Source: Rhina ancylostomus
Taxonomy: Eukaryota
Assembly (NCBI GenBank): GCA_030265395.1
Contig: JARFYF010000046.1
Span: 18,896,524-18,960,523 of the forward strand
DNA: 64,000 bases
Direction: 5' to 3'
The notes under the pieces were generated by a model. That model worked only from the letters and a program-made list of their open reading frames with translations, was not told where the DNA came from and did no database searches. The position numbers and the translations under genes were made by a program. This document shows, in pieces, positions 1 through 12,879 of this stretch (within the stretch, counting starts at the first letter, position 1; the number at the start of each line of letters is the position of its first letter).

Positions 1-280
1 CTGGAGGTCTCCCTGACTTCCCACATCCTATAATAGGAGCATACCACTGCCCCAACTGCTATTTCATTGCTCTGTGGAGTAAGAAAAACAAGACCTTGTC
101 TGAACTTCACCAAAGCTGAATCCATGATGACAACAAACTGTTCTTACCTATGCCTTCTCCCTGAAGCCTTTTCTCCCCCAGAAGAGCTGCTCACTCTCCA
201 AACTTAGGCCACTTACTCCACCTCTGCATGCTGAAGCCTCTTGAGCCGAAGCCTCTTGAACCCAGTCCTCAGTTATCTAA
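1..280 (-). mobile_element. Degraded CR1-type LINE 5'/ORF1 fragment
   Basis: ctggaggtctccctgacttcccacatcc...ggagcataccact resembles the reverse complement of chondrichthyan CR1 ORF1 sequence (from memory); short tandem gaagcctcttga repeats follow. Confidence 0.35.
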
Positions 281-1699
281 CACTAGCCCAGTCCAGCAAT
301 GGCCACTCTGCTTTAGTTCTAACTTTTTTATTGGCTGTGTCAATCAGATATTTGCAACTTGTTAGCTAATGTGCCAATTGTAGGGTCCTGCTAAGCAAAA
401 CTCCTGAGACCTACCTACCTCTAGTCTTTCATGCCTCTCGCTCCAAGTCTCATCCCTGCTAAGTGAAACTCAAAAGTCCCTAGATTTACTTGCTTGATCC
501 TTCAGGTAAGATTCTCAATCTTTCTTAACTTCTCAATCTTTTATTGAGGATAGGCTAAGACAGTATCCAGTACAATTCAATGCTAATTTTACTACACTGC
601 CAAGCCTGCTCCTGATAATAGCATTCTCCTGTTTCATCTTGGTTGAATCTGTTCTGGTAATGCCACTGCTTCTAAGTTTTACATATTCCTCAGCAAAAGA
701 TTGCCCATCCTCATTGTTGATGACTCTCAATAGCATTCATTCTACTTCTTGCACCTTTGTTCCTAAACCAGAATGAAGATGCTCTTGTCATCTTCCATTT
801 CAAATTTTCTGTATTTAACAGATTACACTGTTTCCAGAATAAGGCTTCACCAAATACATCTCCTCCCTTCATCTTTTTTTCAGCTTTCCATTTCTTTCAC
901 CCCTTTACTGTCCATGACAAGATACTTTCTAAGTGGAGGAGTTGCTGTATTTGTCCTTCACCGCCTCCTTCCCTCTTGTGTATAGCCCCAAATGCAACCT
1001 TCAGCTGAAGTTACTTGTTCTAATTTCAATTTAGTATGCAGTATTTGCTTATTGTGCAGTGCCGTATTGGGGGATCACACTAACTGGGTGATCATTTTTG
1101 TACTGTCTTCATTTAGTCCAGGTGTTACTGTGGTTCCTTTCCACTCTGACTTCTGTCCTCTGCCTCCACTTTTCCCATTTAAGTTTTGCTTAAACTCAGA
1201 ACACAACTTTCAAATCTCCACATTATAGTTTCCAGACTTAAGATTGAATTCAGCAGTAGATCACCATTCTGCTATTCCTATTTGTACCTTGATCCAACCC
1301 ATCTTGTCTGTTTTTGCTGTGCAATATCATTGTCATTTAATCACACCCACCTTATCCATTCCTGACCACCTTTATTCCTTTTCCCACCCCCCCAACCCAT
1401 CAGCACCTTATTAGAAAATTTATTACTCTTCTAACATTTTTCCATTTTCAAAGAAAGCAATTAACTGCTTTCTGTCCATAATTGCTTTCAGAAAGCAATT
1501 TCTGTCCATAAATGCTGTCTGTATTTCCAGCAGTATGATATTTGGGATTTCACAGCATCTGTAGTGTTTTTGTATTATTGATTACTTTAATCTCAANNNN
1601 NNNNNNNNNNNNNNNNNNNNNNNNNNNNNNNNNNNNNNNNNNNNNNNNNNNNNNNNNNNNNNNNNNNNNNNNNNNNNNNNNNNNNNNNNNNNNNNNNNA

Positions 1700-2095
1700 C
1701 ATCAACGGCGTGTAAAAATTGAGAAGCTGCAGGAAATGGTCATAAAAGGACCACAGTTAATCCGAGCACGGTTAACCCAGCCACAAAAGCAACCTGAGCC
1801 AGCAGAAACAACCTGGAATTCCAACTCTGCAGAATCCAACACTCCCACTGTTGTGCCTCGGAGGGTTCCACCACTCCCACCTCAAGTTGGAGCCTCCCCC
1901 ACTCCTTTTACAAGTGCAGCCCTAGGAGCAACATCAGCAACACCTTACCCTGTTCTTTACCCTCCCATCCCACCAAGATCAGGGAACATTGCTCCAACTT
2001 TCACATCACCACTACAATACAGGCCACCTTGTCCTCTACCTGCCACTCAGAAAGCTGGACAACATCCTCCTCAACCAGGCTTTATTTTCCAGTAA
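1700..2095 (+). CDS. VPS37B: VPS37B (ESCRT-I subunit) terminal coding exon, 5' part hidden in N gap 1597-1698
   Basis: Frame from 1700 reads HQRRVKIEKLQEMVIKG...VVPRRVPPLPP...TPFTSAA...PPIPPR...PPQPGFIFQ*. This matches remembered human VPS37B (HMRRVKIEKLQEMVLKG...PRRIPPPPP...TPFTAAM...PPHQPGFILQ*), and VPS37B is tail-to-tail with HIP1R in human. Confidence 0.93.
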   Translation, partial: HQRRVKIEKLQEMVIKGPQLIRARLTQPQKQPEPAETTWNSNSAESNTPTVVPRRVPPLPPQVGASPTPFTSAALGATSATPYPVLYPPIPPRSGNIAPTFTSPLQYRPPCPLPATQKAGQHPPQPGFIFQ

Positions 2096-4185
2096 TCCTG
2101 CAAAATGGGTCCAGTGCATTCTTATGTGCATAGATATTTCTGCAGCATTCAGTGTTTGTGTATGTGATCTGCACTTCTTTGAGGGAGAATGAGGGTTTGT
2201 TGGTAAACTGCAGATCAGAACCTTGTTCCTACATAACAACACTTCATTGAGAATTTCTTAAATTACATGCAGCCACAAAGTTCTATTTTGTGAAGCATTT
2301 TGGATGGAAGACAAAACAATGGGGCCTTTTTTTGTAACTTCTGAATCTTTTACTTCTGGAATCCATTGCACTTTTTGCAGGGACATTTAGAAATTCTTTA
2401 GCAGCAACTGCCACAAAAAAAAAAGTGCTGATGCAAGAAACTGATTATAATTAACTGACAGTCAATTAGCACACCATTTCTAGACGTGTATTTACTGTTT
2501 CAGCTAGAATGTTCTTCCTTTTTTGTATATTTAAAAAAAAGGTGTTTCCCCTCTTTAAAACAAAGCTGTGATTGACCATAGGCACAAATTGTGTATAAAC
2601 CCAGCTTTTACAGAAGGGCAATTTGATCTGGAGTTTCCGGGCTCTGAGATTTGTGCCTATGTGATTGGGTATACTTTTCATAATCTTGATAAATTTTTGT
2701 CCTGCTTTGAATGAAGTGATTTCATTGTTTCATTTATTCCAACAATAACATTATAGATTTATTGAATCCTGATTATCTCTAAGTTCTAAAATTAGCTTTG
2801 AATGTTTGTCTTGTACATGCCACTTAAAACTAAATGGTTCCTATGACTAAAAATAAACTTATTTTGACATTTGATTTTTAGCTTTAATGCTTCCGGTAGA
2901 AAAGTAGTCTTAAGGTTTTGTCAAAATAGGTAGTTATTCATTAGCTGTTTTTGATGCTCCCTACCCGGAAGACAATACAGTAATTCCTGGTTTTGTGACA
3001 GGGATGTGTTCTTGGAAAACATTAAGTGACATTTCATAAATGGAAAAAGCTGTGTGAAATGCATTTTAAGTATTTCAGTACAGTGTCTTCCTGTGTGGGG
3101 AGAGTGGCAGACTTTTCATTATAACAATGTTTCACAAATTGAAGGTTTGTACCCAAAAGTCAACAATATTATAGCAAAAAATTTTGTGTTTATAAATTGA
3201 GGAATTACTGTTGGGTTGCAAACCTGCTCTACTTTTGTGGGGGGGGGGGGGCGGCAATGGGATTCTAAACTACACCTTGGGGTCACTTTTGAAACAAACT
3301 GGATTTTGTTTGGTTAATAGGTACAATGAAACAGATAATTTAAAATTGTGAATGTGAACAGTTTTAGAAATGAAGTGTTGGATAATTTTTCCAATGTGTA
3401 TTAGGAAAAAACACTTCTGATTATTTTAAATTGGTAAGCTGTGTTTATATATTTCTATCCTTTGTATCTGCATACTGAAACAGTTCTACTTAGGGCTCTA
3501 AACAGATGGACTACTTTATTTATTTGCAAACTCAAGAAGTGTAATCTGTGGCTGTATGTTATGTGCCTTAGCAATATTCATTGAGGGACCATTGGAAGTG
3601 TTACTTATGGTGCTATCCTCTAGAGCACCACGAGTTTTAACATTTTTGTTCAAGGGTGATGGAGTGTTGCAGCTAATCAAAATTTTTGATCTATAGTACA
3701 TTAAAATTAAGCAAATTAGTTGGTGGCAATATAACTTGTGCAAAAATGCACTACTGCAAATGACTGAGACCAAAACTTTCTCAACTGATTTCCTGAAATT
3801 GCCCACAATTACAAAGTTCTTTGCTTCATTCAAGACTTTGATAGTGATGTAGCAACACTTCAAACACTACAGTTGAGTTTGCTTTTGAGTACACTTTTTA
3901 TAGGATAACCTTGTTAAATTAAGTTGCCGTGAGAGGGTCCCAAGATTGTCTCTACTACAGCTCCTCATTCATCGGTAACTGAACATAACTTTTTTTATAA
4001 TAACTGTGCCTACCACAGGGAAGAATCCTACACTCCAATTTCAGATGTTTTAACTAAAATGTTTTATAGTACATTTGTACAGTCTTATAGTTCATGACTG
4101 CTGTTACTAATGTAGTGGTGAACTAAAAGTTACCTCAGAATATTTTAATCATGTTCTATTAATAAATGTATTGTACAATATCCAT
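2096..4185 (+). other. VPS37B: Probable VPS37B 3' UTR
   Basis: U-rich, largely repeat-free stretch after the stop, ending near AATAAA at 4161; the end point is inferred. Confidence 0.55.
4161..4166 (+). terminator. Candidate VPS37B polyadenylation signal AATAAA
   Basis: AATAAA with upstream TGTA motifs and a U/GU-rich downstream region; an alternative AATAAA sits at 2852. Confidence 0.5.
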
Positions 4186-7100
4186 TTTCCTATGCCTTTG
4201 CTTTCAGTTTTGCATTGTGAAAGATTGTCTCTAATTACTGTGTGAATCAGAATTTGATTTGCTTGATTCAAGTAATTAAAGTTGCATTTGAGTAGTTCTC
4301 TTGTAGTAAAAGTTGAGTGTCACCTGGTTCTTGCATTTTCTTTGGAAGATAAACTTAGATTCTACCTTGATCATAGTTGAGATTTTTTTAATCCATTCTA
4401 TTTTTAAAAATAGTGTCAAGTATGGAAAAGGAATTTAGTTACAAATGACACTTCCATTCTCAGTGAAACTTCATGTTAATTCTGACCGCAAACTCCTTTA
4501 TGTATATATTAAATTCTATTGACTTCCATCTTTATTTAATATTCAGCTGCTACTAACTTTGTATCGTCCTTGCATAGTCAAAACGTGTCTTAACCATAAG
4601 ACATTCTACCATCTTCAGGCAAAGTCTTCCCAGTAAGCTTGGAGCATACCAATATTTATGGGAATTGAATTTTAAAGAGAAGTGTCTTTATTGAAAACTA
4701 GGAGATCCCAGACTGCTTCCTTTCAAAACCACCTCAATTGTGAAGGAAGTAACTATTCTGATTTCAAGGTACTTATGGGGTAGTCACACAAATCCCTAGG
4801 TAGAATGTAGCAGTAATACTAATAAATCCACTGTATTCATTGAATATATTTACCCATCTTGTTGTGCAAAAATGCCAACTATTATTTGAAGGCTTTTGCT
4901 ATTATAAAATTTAAGTTGTATACAGTCACTAGTCCATGCAGATTCTTGTTTTAAATGAAAAATTTCAAAGAACTTTGCATGTGCTGCTTCTGTGCAAAGT
5001 GGTATTGATGCCTTTTAGAATCTAAAACACTTGGATCATTTTTCTTTGCTTGATCATAGTTATAAATAGGATGTTGAAATTCTCTTAACCATTGTGGTGT
5101 GGTTGACACAAGTACTCAATCAAATTGGGTCACATAAAGGCTATGACTTGCAACTTGGGTGGTATGAAATTGCTCATTGTAATTAAAAGGCTGATGCCTC
5201 CTGCTGAAATTTCTAAGGAATATCTTGTCTGTTGTGAAATTTAATGAAAATTGTAACTTTGTAAATGGTTTGCATTTCATATGTATATTTTGACATTTTG
5301 TGTGTTCTGCATCACTTCCCAACCAGTACCAACCCCCTTCCACCAACACTGGTTTGATTTAAGTTTTATTTTTACACTACCAATAATGTAACAATGTGAT
5401 TTGATCAGTTTGGGCTTTATGGATGGTGGCTATTTGTGATTTCATCACCAAATAATACTGAATGTATTGAGATGGAGATTTTCAAAATGCTCTTTGTGGG
5501 CTGATCTTATCTATCAGAAGTTCAGTGGCCAAACTTGGAGCAAGGGTACGAAGTGAGAAAACAGTTCAGTGTTGAAGATGAGGGGAGCTAACTGGATTAC
5601 CTCCTGAATAGGACCAGGAGAAGGTGGCAGCACTTAATGAACCAGGCAGTACTTAAGTGGAAATGGGTAATGAGTTGCATAAACAACAAGGTAAGTGTTG
5701 CTGTTGCAGTTGAATTGTGCATACACGGGCATAAATGGAAAAAGCCTTGAATCCTGTTGACCTTTCCTGTAATTCCTGTTGAATGTGTGAATGTGATTGA
5801 TCAGGTCTTCACCCAGCAGTGGTAAGGGCAGTCAGGCCAATTATAATTCTTTCTACATGGCAGAGATGGCAAGCTCACCGACTTGGATTTGAACATTGGA
5901 CAGCACCATTGGAAATTGGATGTAAGTATTACTCACTTTTCCTATTCTTTTATGGCTAATGGGTTTTAAATTATTGCATTTGTAATGCTGTTATTTGCTG
6001 GTTTATTACATTGTGTTACAAAGAGAAAGTGTAGCTTTGAATATTGTGAAGCCATTAACACAACAGTTGAAGATATCCATCATGAACCTAAGTTTTTTTC
6101 ATGAGTTTGAACGTGAAACTTGATATTCCTGGCAAACAGTGTATGAGTGAAAGTGTCCTTGCATCAGGAAAAGCATTCCTTCTCAACATTGCTAATAATA
6201 GAATGGTTTCAATTTTTTTGCCCTAACTTCACTAGAAACTCGTACTCAATAATCCAAGCTGATTGACTATAGGTTGTGTACAGATCCTGGAAGACCATGT
6301 TTGATGCTTGTTAACAAATCTCAACTTGGGCAGGTTTAGGAGTTGCTATTGGCTCCAGTAGTTCAAGGCTAGAAAAGTTTTTAAAATTCTTACAATTGTT
6401 TAGTGATCTGTGCTGGAAGTGCATGCAAGAACAGGATCATGCTTGACTTTGTGCATAAAAGAAAGAAGGCAAGATAAAACTTTGCTAAAAATCTTGTTTT
6501 GTATTGAAAAATTACTCTTGCTGTTTTTTGGCTGGATGACTGTTAACAGCTTTCCTAAACCATGATCATACAAAGGAGCAGGACAAGATAGTGAGCTACT
6601 GGTTAAAGTACTAGTCAGAAACAAGCATCTAGGTTTGGAAATACCTATATTTTCCAAAACTGGTTATTATTTCATTAGGATTTGACTGCAGTATACATGA
6701 AAGTATGTATTTCACATGGTTATGTGAATCTTGTTTCAAACTTTGTATTTTGCCATTGGCCAGTGACTCCTTCATTGGCAATCTTTTATTCCCCCTCTCC
6801 CTTGGTCCTCTGCAATAGATTCTATCTGTGTTATGTCTTATGAGGGAAAGGTTATGTGAGCTAGTACTTCACAAGACCTCAACTTGTGATAGAAAGTGGT
6901 TAAGAGTAGGTTTCAAGTTGATGGGTAGAGGTGGGAAACAGATCCTTGGTCCTCAGCATGACTGCCTTTTCTATTGGCAGATATTCAAGAAGCCACAAGT
7001 TGGATGCTTGCATTCTTTGGGGGGGGGTTGCTTTCTTCAGGTGATAAGTGAGCATGGATGGATTTGAAAATTAGTTGGATAACATGAGCCAATATAGATG

Positions 7101-7903
7101 CCTCATGAATATTAGTGTGAAAAACAATGCTAGATATCCTCTGCTTGACCAGCATCAGTGGAGATATTATCTAGTTCTGATGTTATTGAACTGAAAAGTT
7201 AAAAGGTATCTTTTTAAGGGGGAGTGATTGAGAGAACAAATCTGATGGGTGGACACTTGCTCTAAGTGGGCAATAGCTTTATTGTAGCAGATTTGTCTGA
7301 TGCTGGCGTAAATAGTGGGATATGAGAACAGTGGAGGGGGAAGAGAAGGACTGGTGAAAAGTGAGGATAAGGGAACCCTATCTGTGCTCTCGGGAGAAGT
7401 GCAGGAAATGGCTGAGAGTCCTATCAACTATAGTAGAGGGAAGCCTTCTCAAAAGGAAAAAGATCAGTGAACAGGTTCTACAACCCCTCAGAAACTGGAA
7501 GGGGAACAATTTCATTTGAATAGTACTTGGGTTTTAACCACTGTCTTTCTGTCCACCCAAGTCTTTGCATCATACAGTCCAACCTGAGTAAAAGGAATTG
7601 TATTGGAATGCTGCCTCCATTGTTTTTCTAGGTCACATGATTTGAGTGCAAATATAGTTCTATGGCTCCTTATCTTCCAATTGCATGGAGAGAGAGAGAG
7701 CTGGATTGTTTTTGACCCAGTCTGAAAATTATTTCACTGGCAGAAGAGAGGGCTTAAGTTTTCATACTTGAATTTAAAGCTAAAAACTGAGACCAGTCTT
7801 AAATTTAATGGTATGGAGCAGCAATACATTCTTATGGATACAAGACATCCTTGACTTTTGAATCTTTGGTTACATCTCATTTACAAAAGATGTATTTACT
7901 CAG

Positions 7904-7909
7904 TTTATT
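7904..7909 (-). terminator. Candidate HIP1R polyadenylation signal AATAAA
   Basis: tttatt on + about 550 nt downstream of the HIP1R stop, followed on - by tcttttgt. Confidence 0.4.
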
Positions 7910-8450
7910 TCAAATTTTACATTAAAATTGATAAGTTCTCAAAATACAGCTGAAGACAACTCTTCATAGAGCAAATTTTCTATTGCTAATAAATACACCA
8001 CACCTATTTAAAATTTCCACATACATACAAAATACCTTAGATTTAGATTTCTCAGAAATTAATCACGTTAAAAGTATGTACAAAGCTTTTGAAGCTACTT
8101 AATCTTTAGGTTGCTGTTGCTTTTCAGCAACTACACAAATATTCTGGCCCAGTAGCAAATGTACAGTGCACCTAAAACTTTCTATGAAAAAACAGAAGGT
8201 CTGATTCTTGAAGGACTGATTTAAAGGTTAAAATGGATGGTTATGTCAACCAGTAATCTTCCTTTTAATCCTGCATGACCAACTTGAAAACATGCATATT
8301 AATGTGAAATTAGCTCTTGTAGGGGACACATCAAAACAATATGGTAAAATGAGCAAGTTTATGGAATGTAACACTGCCATCCAATGGGCTTGAATTGTAA
8401 AGAATGCAGAGCGCCTTGTTCCCTGTTCCAATATACTGTAGCCACCTTGT

Positions 8451-8501
8451 TTATTGAGAGTTCCGTAAATGAGAAATGTAGGCCAGTTCGGATGCATTTA
8501 A
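8451..8501 (-). CDS. HIP1R: HIP1R terminal coding exon (exon 32): LNASELAYISHLRNSQ*
   Basis: Acceptor gttttgcag, phase 0. The peptide aligns without gaps to the remembered human last exon LDKKDGIYPAQLVNY (L1, Y8, L12, N14 identical). Confidence 0.75.
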   Translation of the reverse strand, partial: LNASELAYISHLRNSQ

Positions 8502-8779
8502 CTGCAAAACATTGAATAGGTATAGTCAGAAGTAACCCAACTTAAGCTTTAAATACTGTGAGGTTGCAGTGTTTTTAAACAAAAAATTACCTCTTTCTAC
8601 ATTATATTTAAAAAAAACTAAACTTGAAAGATTTTGGAACAAGGTCTTACCAGACTTTCATGTACATTGTAAAGATGCCAAATTAACAACTTAATTCTTG
8701 GTCTAGATCCTTGGACTCTAGTGGTCATTCTTTATCAATTAACAGTAGCAGTAAAAGTTGGACTTGAGATCAGACTTGC

Positions 8780-8971
8780 CTGGGGATCTTTTTTGGGTGG
8801 GATGGTTGGTTTTTGGGAAAGTGGTGGCTTCTTTGAAATTTCAGGTTTTGAAGGTAGCTTCTCATCCTCTAATATTTCATGTGGTCCTCCCAGCTCATAA
8901 TGTTTCTTCCTGAGATCACCAAGCTTCATTCGCTCCTGTTCCAGTTTATTTTCCAACTCCAGTACTTTCAC
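8780..8971 (-). CDS. HIP1R: HIP1R exon 31: VKVLELENKLEQERMKLGDLRKKHYELGG...KKPPLSQKPTIPPKKDPQ
   Basis: End of THATCH/latch region plus proline-rich tail; tttag acceptor; ends CAG|gcaagt (GC donor). Confidence 0.92.
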
Positions 8972-9004
8972 CTAAACAAAGCAGTTGGTATACAAGAAAT
9001 AAAA

Positions 9005-9370
9005 GTAGGTCATCTGGCTCCCTACTCCATCATCAACCCCATAGCTCTTGCTGCCCTCAAATTTTTAGGTATTATGTAATGTAACATAAATGGACTGAGC
9101 CTCCACAGTTATCTTGAGTAGAAGGGTTCATAGATTCACTTTTTTGTGTGTGTATGTATATAAATAAAAAATACACCTTAAGACTGATTCCTACTTGCAG
9201 CACTCAAGCCATGATCCCACATCTACCTTGTAAGAATTTCATACACTTCAATGAGATCACCTCTTAACTTGAGTATTAGACTATTGTCTCTCCTTGCAAG
9301 TCTGCTCCATCCTCAGAAGCAAGCTAGTGACTGTTGCACTATAGCACATGCATATTCTTATCTAGGTAGG
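9005..9370 (-). mobile_element. Old CR1 LINE 3' fragment
   Basis: Decayed reverse-complement CR1 3' motifs (gtaggtcatctggctccc, gagcctccacag, ttcaatgagatcacctctt). Confidence 0.45.
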
Positions 9371-9505
9371 GAGCCCCTTAGAATCGAGCACAATTGAGTT
9401 TACTGTAACAATGACAAATACAATATTCCATTAGTGTTGTCCCTCAAATGGGCATAACACAACTAAGTTGCTGTATCTGGTGACTATCTAAAAGTAGAAA
9501 TTTAC

Positions 9506-9567
9506 CTGAGTTTCAATCTCCTGCTTTTTAAGTTTAATCCTTGACATTCCAGAAAAATCCATAGTAT
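9506..9567 (-). CDS. HIP1R: HIP1R exon 30: DTMDFSGMSRIKLKKQEIETQ
   Basis: 62 nt, cccag/gtaaat, phases consistent with neighbouring exons. Confidence 0.95.
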
Positions 9568-9678
9568 CTGGGGGGGGGAAAAAAATTGAAATGGTGATGT
9601 CAATACCACACTACAAATGCACAATGTCAAATATCAAACTGATGGTAAAACCCTATTAACTTAGTGGGGTCTGTTTAC

Positions 9679-9802
9679 CTTTATCTTCAATCTGTTCCTG
9701 TCCTGATTTTGTTGATGCCACTACATTGGCAGCCATTTCATTCACGTGCCTGGAGGCTTGTTGCAGTTGGGACAGGTTTCTGCTGCTCCGGTCTGCTTTC
9801 AC
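9679..9802 (-). CDS. HIP1R: HIP1R exon 29: VKADRSSRNLSQLQQASRHVNEMAANVVASTKSGQEQIEDK
   Basis: 124 nt, ttcag/gtaaac; I/LWEQ domain. Confidence 0.96.
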
Positions 9803-10302
9803 CTGAATTACAGCAACAATGGAGGACAAGTTTTTATGATTTGAGCAGGTAAATTGCATTGATGTTGCCTGCTTCCATCTATTTTAAAGCAATAGACGAG
9901 GAAAGGTAGAGATTAGGGTAGAGCAACAGTTTGGAGAGGGAGGTGGCAAAAGAGGCCATATCAACAATGGACTGGGTGCAGGAATGAAGTAGTTGTCAGG
10001 AGAGTGAAAGGGATATGCTGGGTTAGAGGGCTCAGTGGGGTAATGGAAGAACTTGTAAACAATGTGAAATCAACCTCTGTAGGATGCGTAGTCACTATCT
10101 GTGTCTGCTCCATCAATGGTGACTGTATCCCAGATGTTCCCTTCAAGTTGTTTTGTTTACTATTAGCAAACTAATCCCAGTAAATGAAACCCTGACAAAT
10201 GGTAAGATCCCTAGTTCAGTTGTATAAATTCTCCACCTTCTCCCTCTTCCCTTATTTTCTTTCTCCTGCACAATTAAGACCTGATGTCACTAGTCTCCTC
10301 AC

Positions 10303-10408
10303 CTTTGATGCAGCTACAAGCTGTGCTGTGCTGGCTGCAACCTCATGTGAGCAAACAATCAATTCTTCATACTTCCCGGTCTTGAGGACTACTTTATCAG
10401 CTGAATCT
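10303..10408 (-). CDS. HIP1R: HIP1R exon 28: DSADKVVLKTGKYEELIVCSHEVAASTAQLVAASK
   Basis: 106 nt, ccag/gtgagg; I/LWEQ signature. Confidence 0.96.
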
Positions 10409-10779
10409 CTGGATTCCAAAAAACAAGCAAAAGCATTCCTTAGATCATTTCACATTGATGCCTGGGGCGAGCATTCAGTTTGCCCCAAAACCTGATTACT
10501 GAAGGTGTGAAATAAAACCCCAGAAGTTTACAGCAGGGCCATCAGCTGCTTCAGTGAGAAATAATGGTTAAATACTTTGGGGGAAAAGTGAAGTTTGGTT
10601 TTATCATCCAGTTGCAGTTTTATCAAGTACATAATTCACAAAATGATAACTTTGTTTCTTTTCTAGGCTTTCACGCAGGGATTTGAGGCTGCACACAAAA
10701 TTGTATGCTATTTTGGTCTTGCCAGCAAGTGAGTGCAGAGAAGATTCACCAGACTGGTGGGTTTGCAGCATGTGATTGA

Positions 10780-11130
10780 ATAGTCTCGGCTTGGATGTAG
10801 GAAGGTTAGAATGAAAGGTGATCTTCCTGAAGTGTACAAAATTCAAAGGGCTCCACAGATTGGATGCGGGAGGATTTTTCTCTAAGATGAGCAGTTTAGG
10901 ACCAGGAGGTCACTGTCTCAGAATAAATGGGCAGCTTATTTGTCACAGATGAAATTTATTTACTCATCTTTAGAATTTACTACCCTAGAGGGCTGTAGGG
11001 GCTCAGTCACAGAATTCATTAATATTTCAGGATATTGGGGGAATAGAGGGCTCTGGAGATGGTGTGGTAGATCAGCCGTGACTTAGAGTACAGTGGAGCT
11101 GACAAAGGACAAAGATGGTCTACTCCTGCA
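10780..11130 (+). mobile_element. Old CR1 LINE 3' fragment
   Basis: gaaggttagaatgaaaggtgatctt...aaaattcaaagggct...tctcagaataaatggg...atggtctactcctgc is a typical CR1 3' end. Confidence 0.55.
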
Positions 11131-12879
11131 CTTAATATTTTGTGCTTTAATTCAGCAGGAAAACCACTAACCAAGCAGTAGAATAGGAGTTCAAGGAAAG
11201 TATCTGCTCCCAGAGTTATTGCTAGTCAATGCAAAATAGGTAGGTACAAAGAACAAAAACTGATCTGGAAAAAATGAACTCAAAGTTCCCAGTGGGTTGG
11301 ACTGGAATGCTTAATTGAAGCTTTGGAAAAAGCCCAAGTTAATTTCAAAGGATTGCCAATGGTTAATCGAGGCAGCAAGAAATTGTGTATACTTCTGAAT
11401 TTGATCAAGGTTTCTATGGTAGGAAGTGGGCTAGATGGGTGTAGATTAGTTACTTAAATAGCAGAGTTTCCCCTGGATGTCACTTCCCAGAGAAGAGTCA
11501 GCCTGTGGAAAAGCTAAACATTAAATCATGGAATTTCCTTGAAGAGCTGGACCTCAGAACTGATCACAAGATGTTGCCTGTATAAATCGCCACCTGTAAA
11601 TCCCCTGCAGCAGCTTTGATCATCTGAGCAGAAGGAAAGTTCATAGGTTCCTTGCTCCCTGAGAGCTCAATCTCAACTCGCTCAAGCCTTGGGCTTTATT
11701 CCAACAGCACAATATCTCCGGGTTTAAAAATTAGTTGGGGTTCTGGGGAGGAGGGGGGATGAAAAGTGACCTAAGCCTATACAAACATTATTTATTCAAG
11801 CTACACTTCAAAAGCCACCTGTTATAGGAAGTGGGCACAAGTGTTTCCATGGGCTTCAAGGCATCTTAACGTCAAATGAAAATAACCTGAATGGTGGGTA
11901 AGATAATCAGTAGTTCTCATGTGCCACCTAATGGGTAGTTATAGAACAGCAGAACTACTCCTTGGATGAAAGGTGAGATATACCTACATTTACATTGTTG
12001 TAATAAGTAACCTACAACATTAACAGCAGTAAACATGCTTGAAGCTGCATACTTATAAATGTAATGAAATGGTACAAAGGACAGAATAAATCATCTCCCT
12101 AAACAATTCTGATCATGCTGGAAGCCTTTGGCAATACTAAGGTAGCCATAAAGCGCATCATTGTAAACACTAGTTTCTTTATATAGCAAGTTTAAGAGTT
12201 GACTTTTCCTTGCAAGGTAAAATTTCTTATCTGGGCTAGAAACTAAAGGGTTGAAGCATGTGTCTGGATTCACTCAGAGGAACCCTGAGTAAAATCCATT
12301 GCATTTCTCTATAATGGGAAATTTAATGCAGTAGAATTTTACAGCCACCATTTCTCAAAATGACAAAACTTAAGTTCACTTCTTTATAAGAAGACTGAAG
12401 GTGTGGAATACAATTCCAGACTTCGAACTGGAAGAATTCTACTTCAAAGAATCAACACTCAAGCCTGATGGAAATACAAATGGGGCTAGGAAAGTGAACC
12501 AGAATTAGTGTGTTTCAAGGATAATCACACAAACACCATTAACAGCCTACATGTACTCTATGTATCAGGAAGCAGGCATATGCTTCAAAAGGAATTCCAA
12601 GGATTGCCATAAAACAGGGAGCAGAAGTTTTGCTTGGTGCCCAAGTTGGTGAGATTTGTTCAGTCTCTCTACATTAATTGAAACATCATCATCAGGTCAC
12701 TATTCTATTGCACACTTGTTTCTTGCTGCATTAAATCTAGTTATTTCCTACCACATTTTCCATTGCAATACTATCTTCACTATTAGATGTAAGTATTCTC
12801 TCCATTACTAATAACACTCCCCTATTATTGTACACAATCAAAGAGCAAGAAAGAATGAATGGTCCCAGTTAGTACTTAC

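Noticed and set aside
533-1228. Overlapping short ORFs
   Set aside because: No recognisable domain or splice pattern; probably decayed repeat sequence in the VPS37B intron
1736-2095. 119-aa proline-rich ORF as a standalone gene
   Set aside because: The frame is open upstream into the gap; it is the VPS37B last exon
3239-3251. Poly-G run in the VPS37B 3' UTR as a G-quadruplex
   Set aside because: Simple homopolymer; similar runs occur at 7019, 9570 and 22527, with no evidence of function
5517-5930. Strong + strand donors (AAG|gtaagt at 5691, GAT|gtaagt at 5922) and a faintly Myb/SANT-like peptide RTRRRWQHLM
   Set aside because: In-frame stop and no convincing homology; an exon cannot be supported without RNA data
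8735-8971. 78-aa ORF as the definitive HIP1R C-terminus
   Set aside because: A GC donor and a homologous downstream exon explain the end better; kept only as a possible retention isoform
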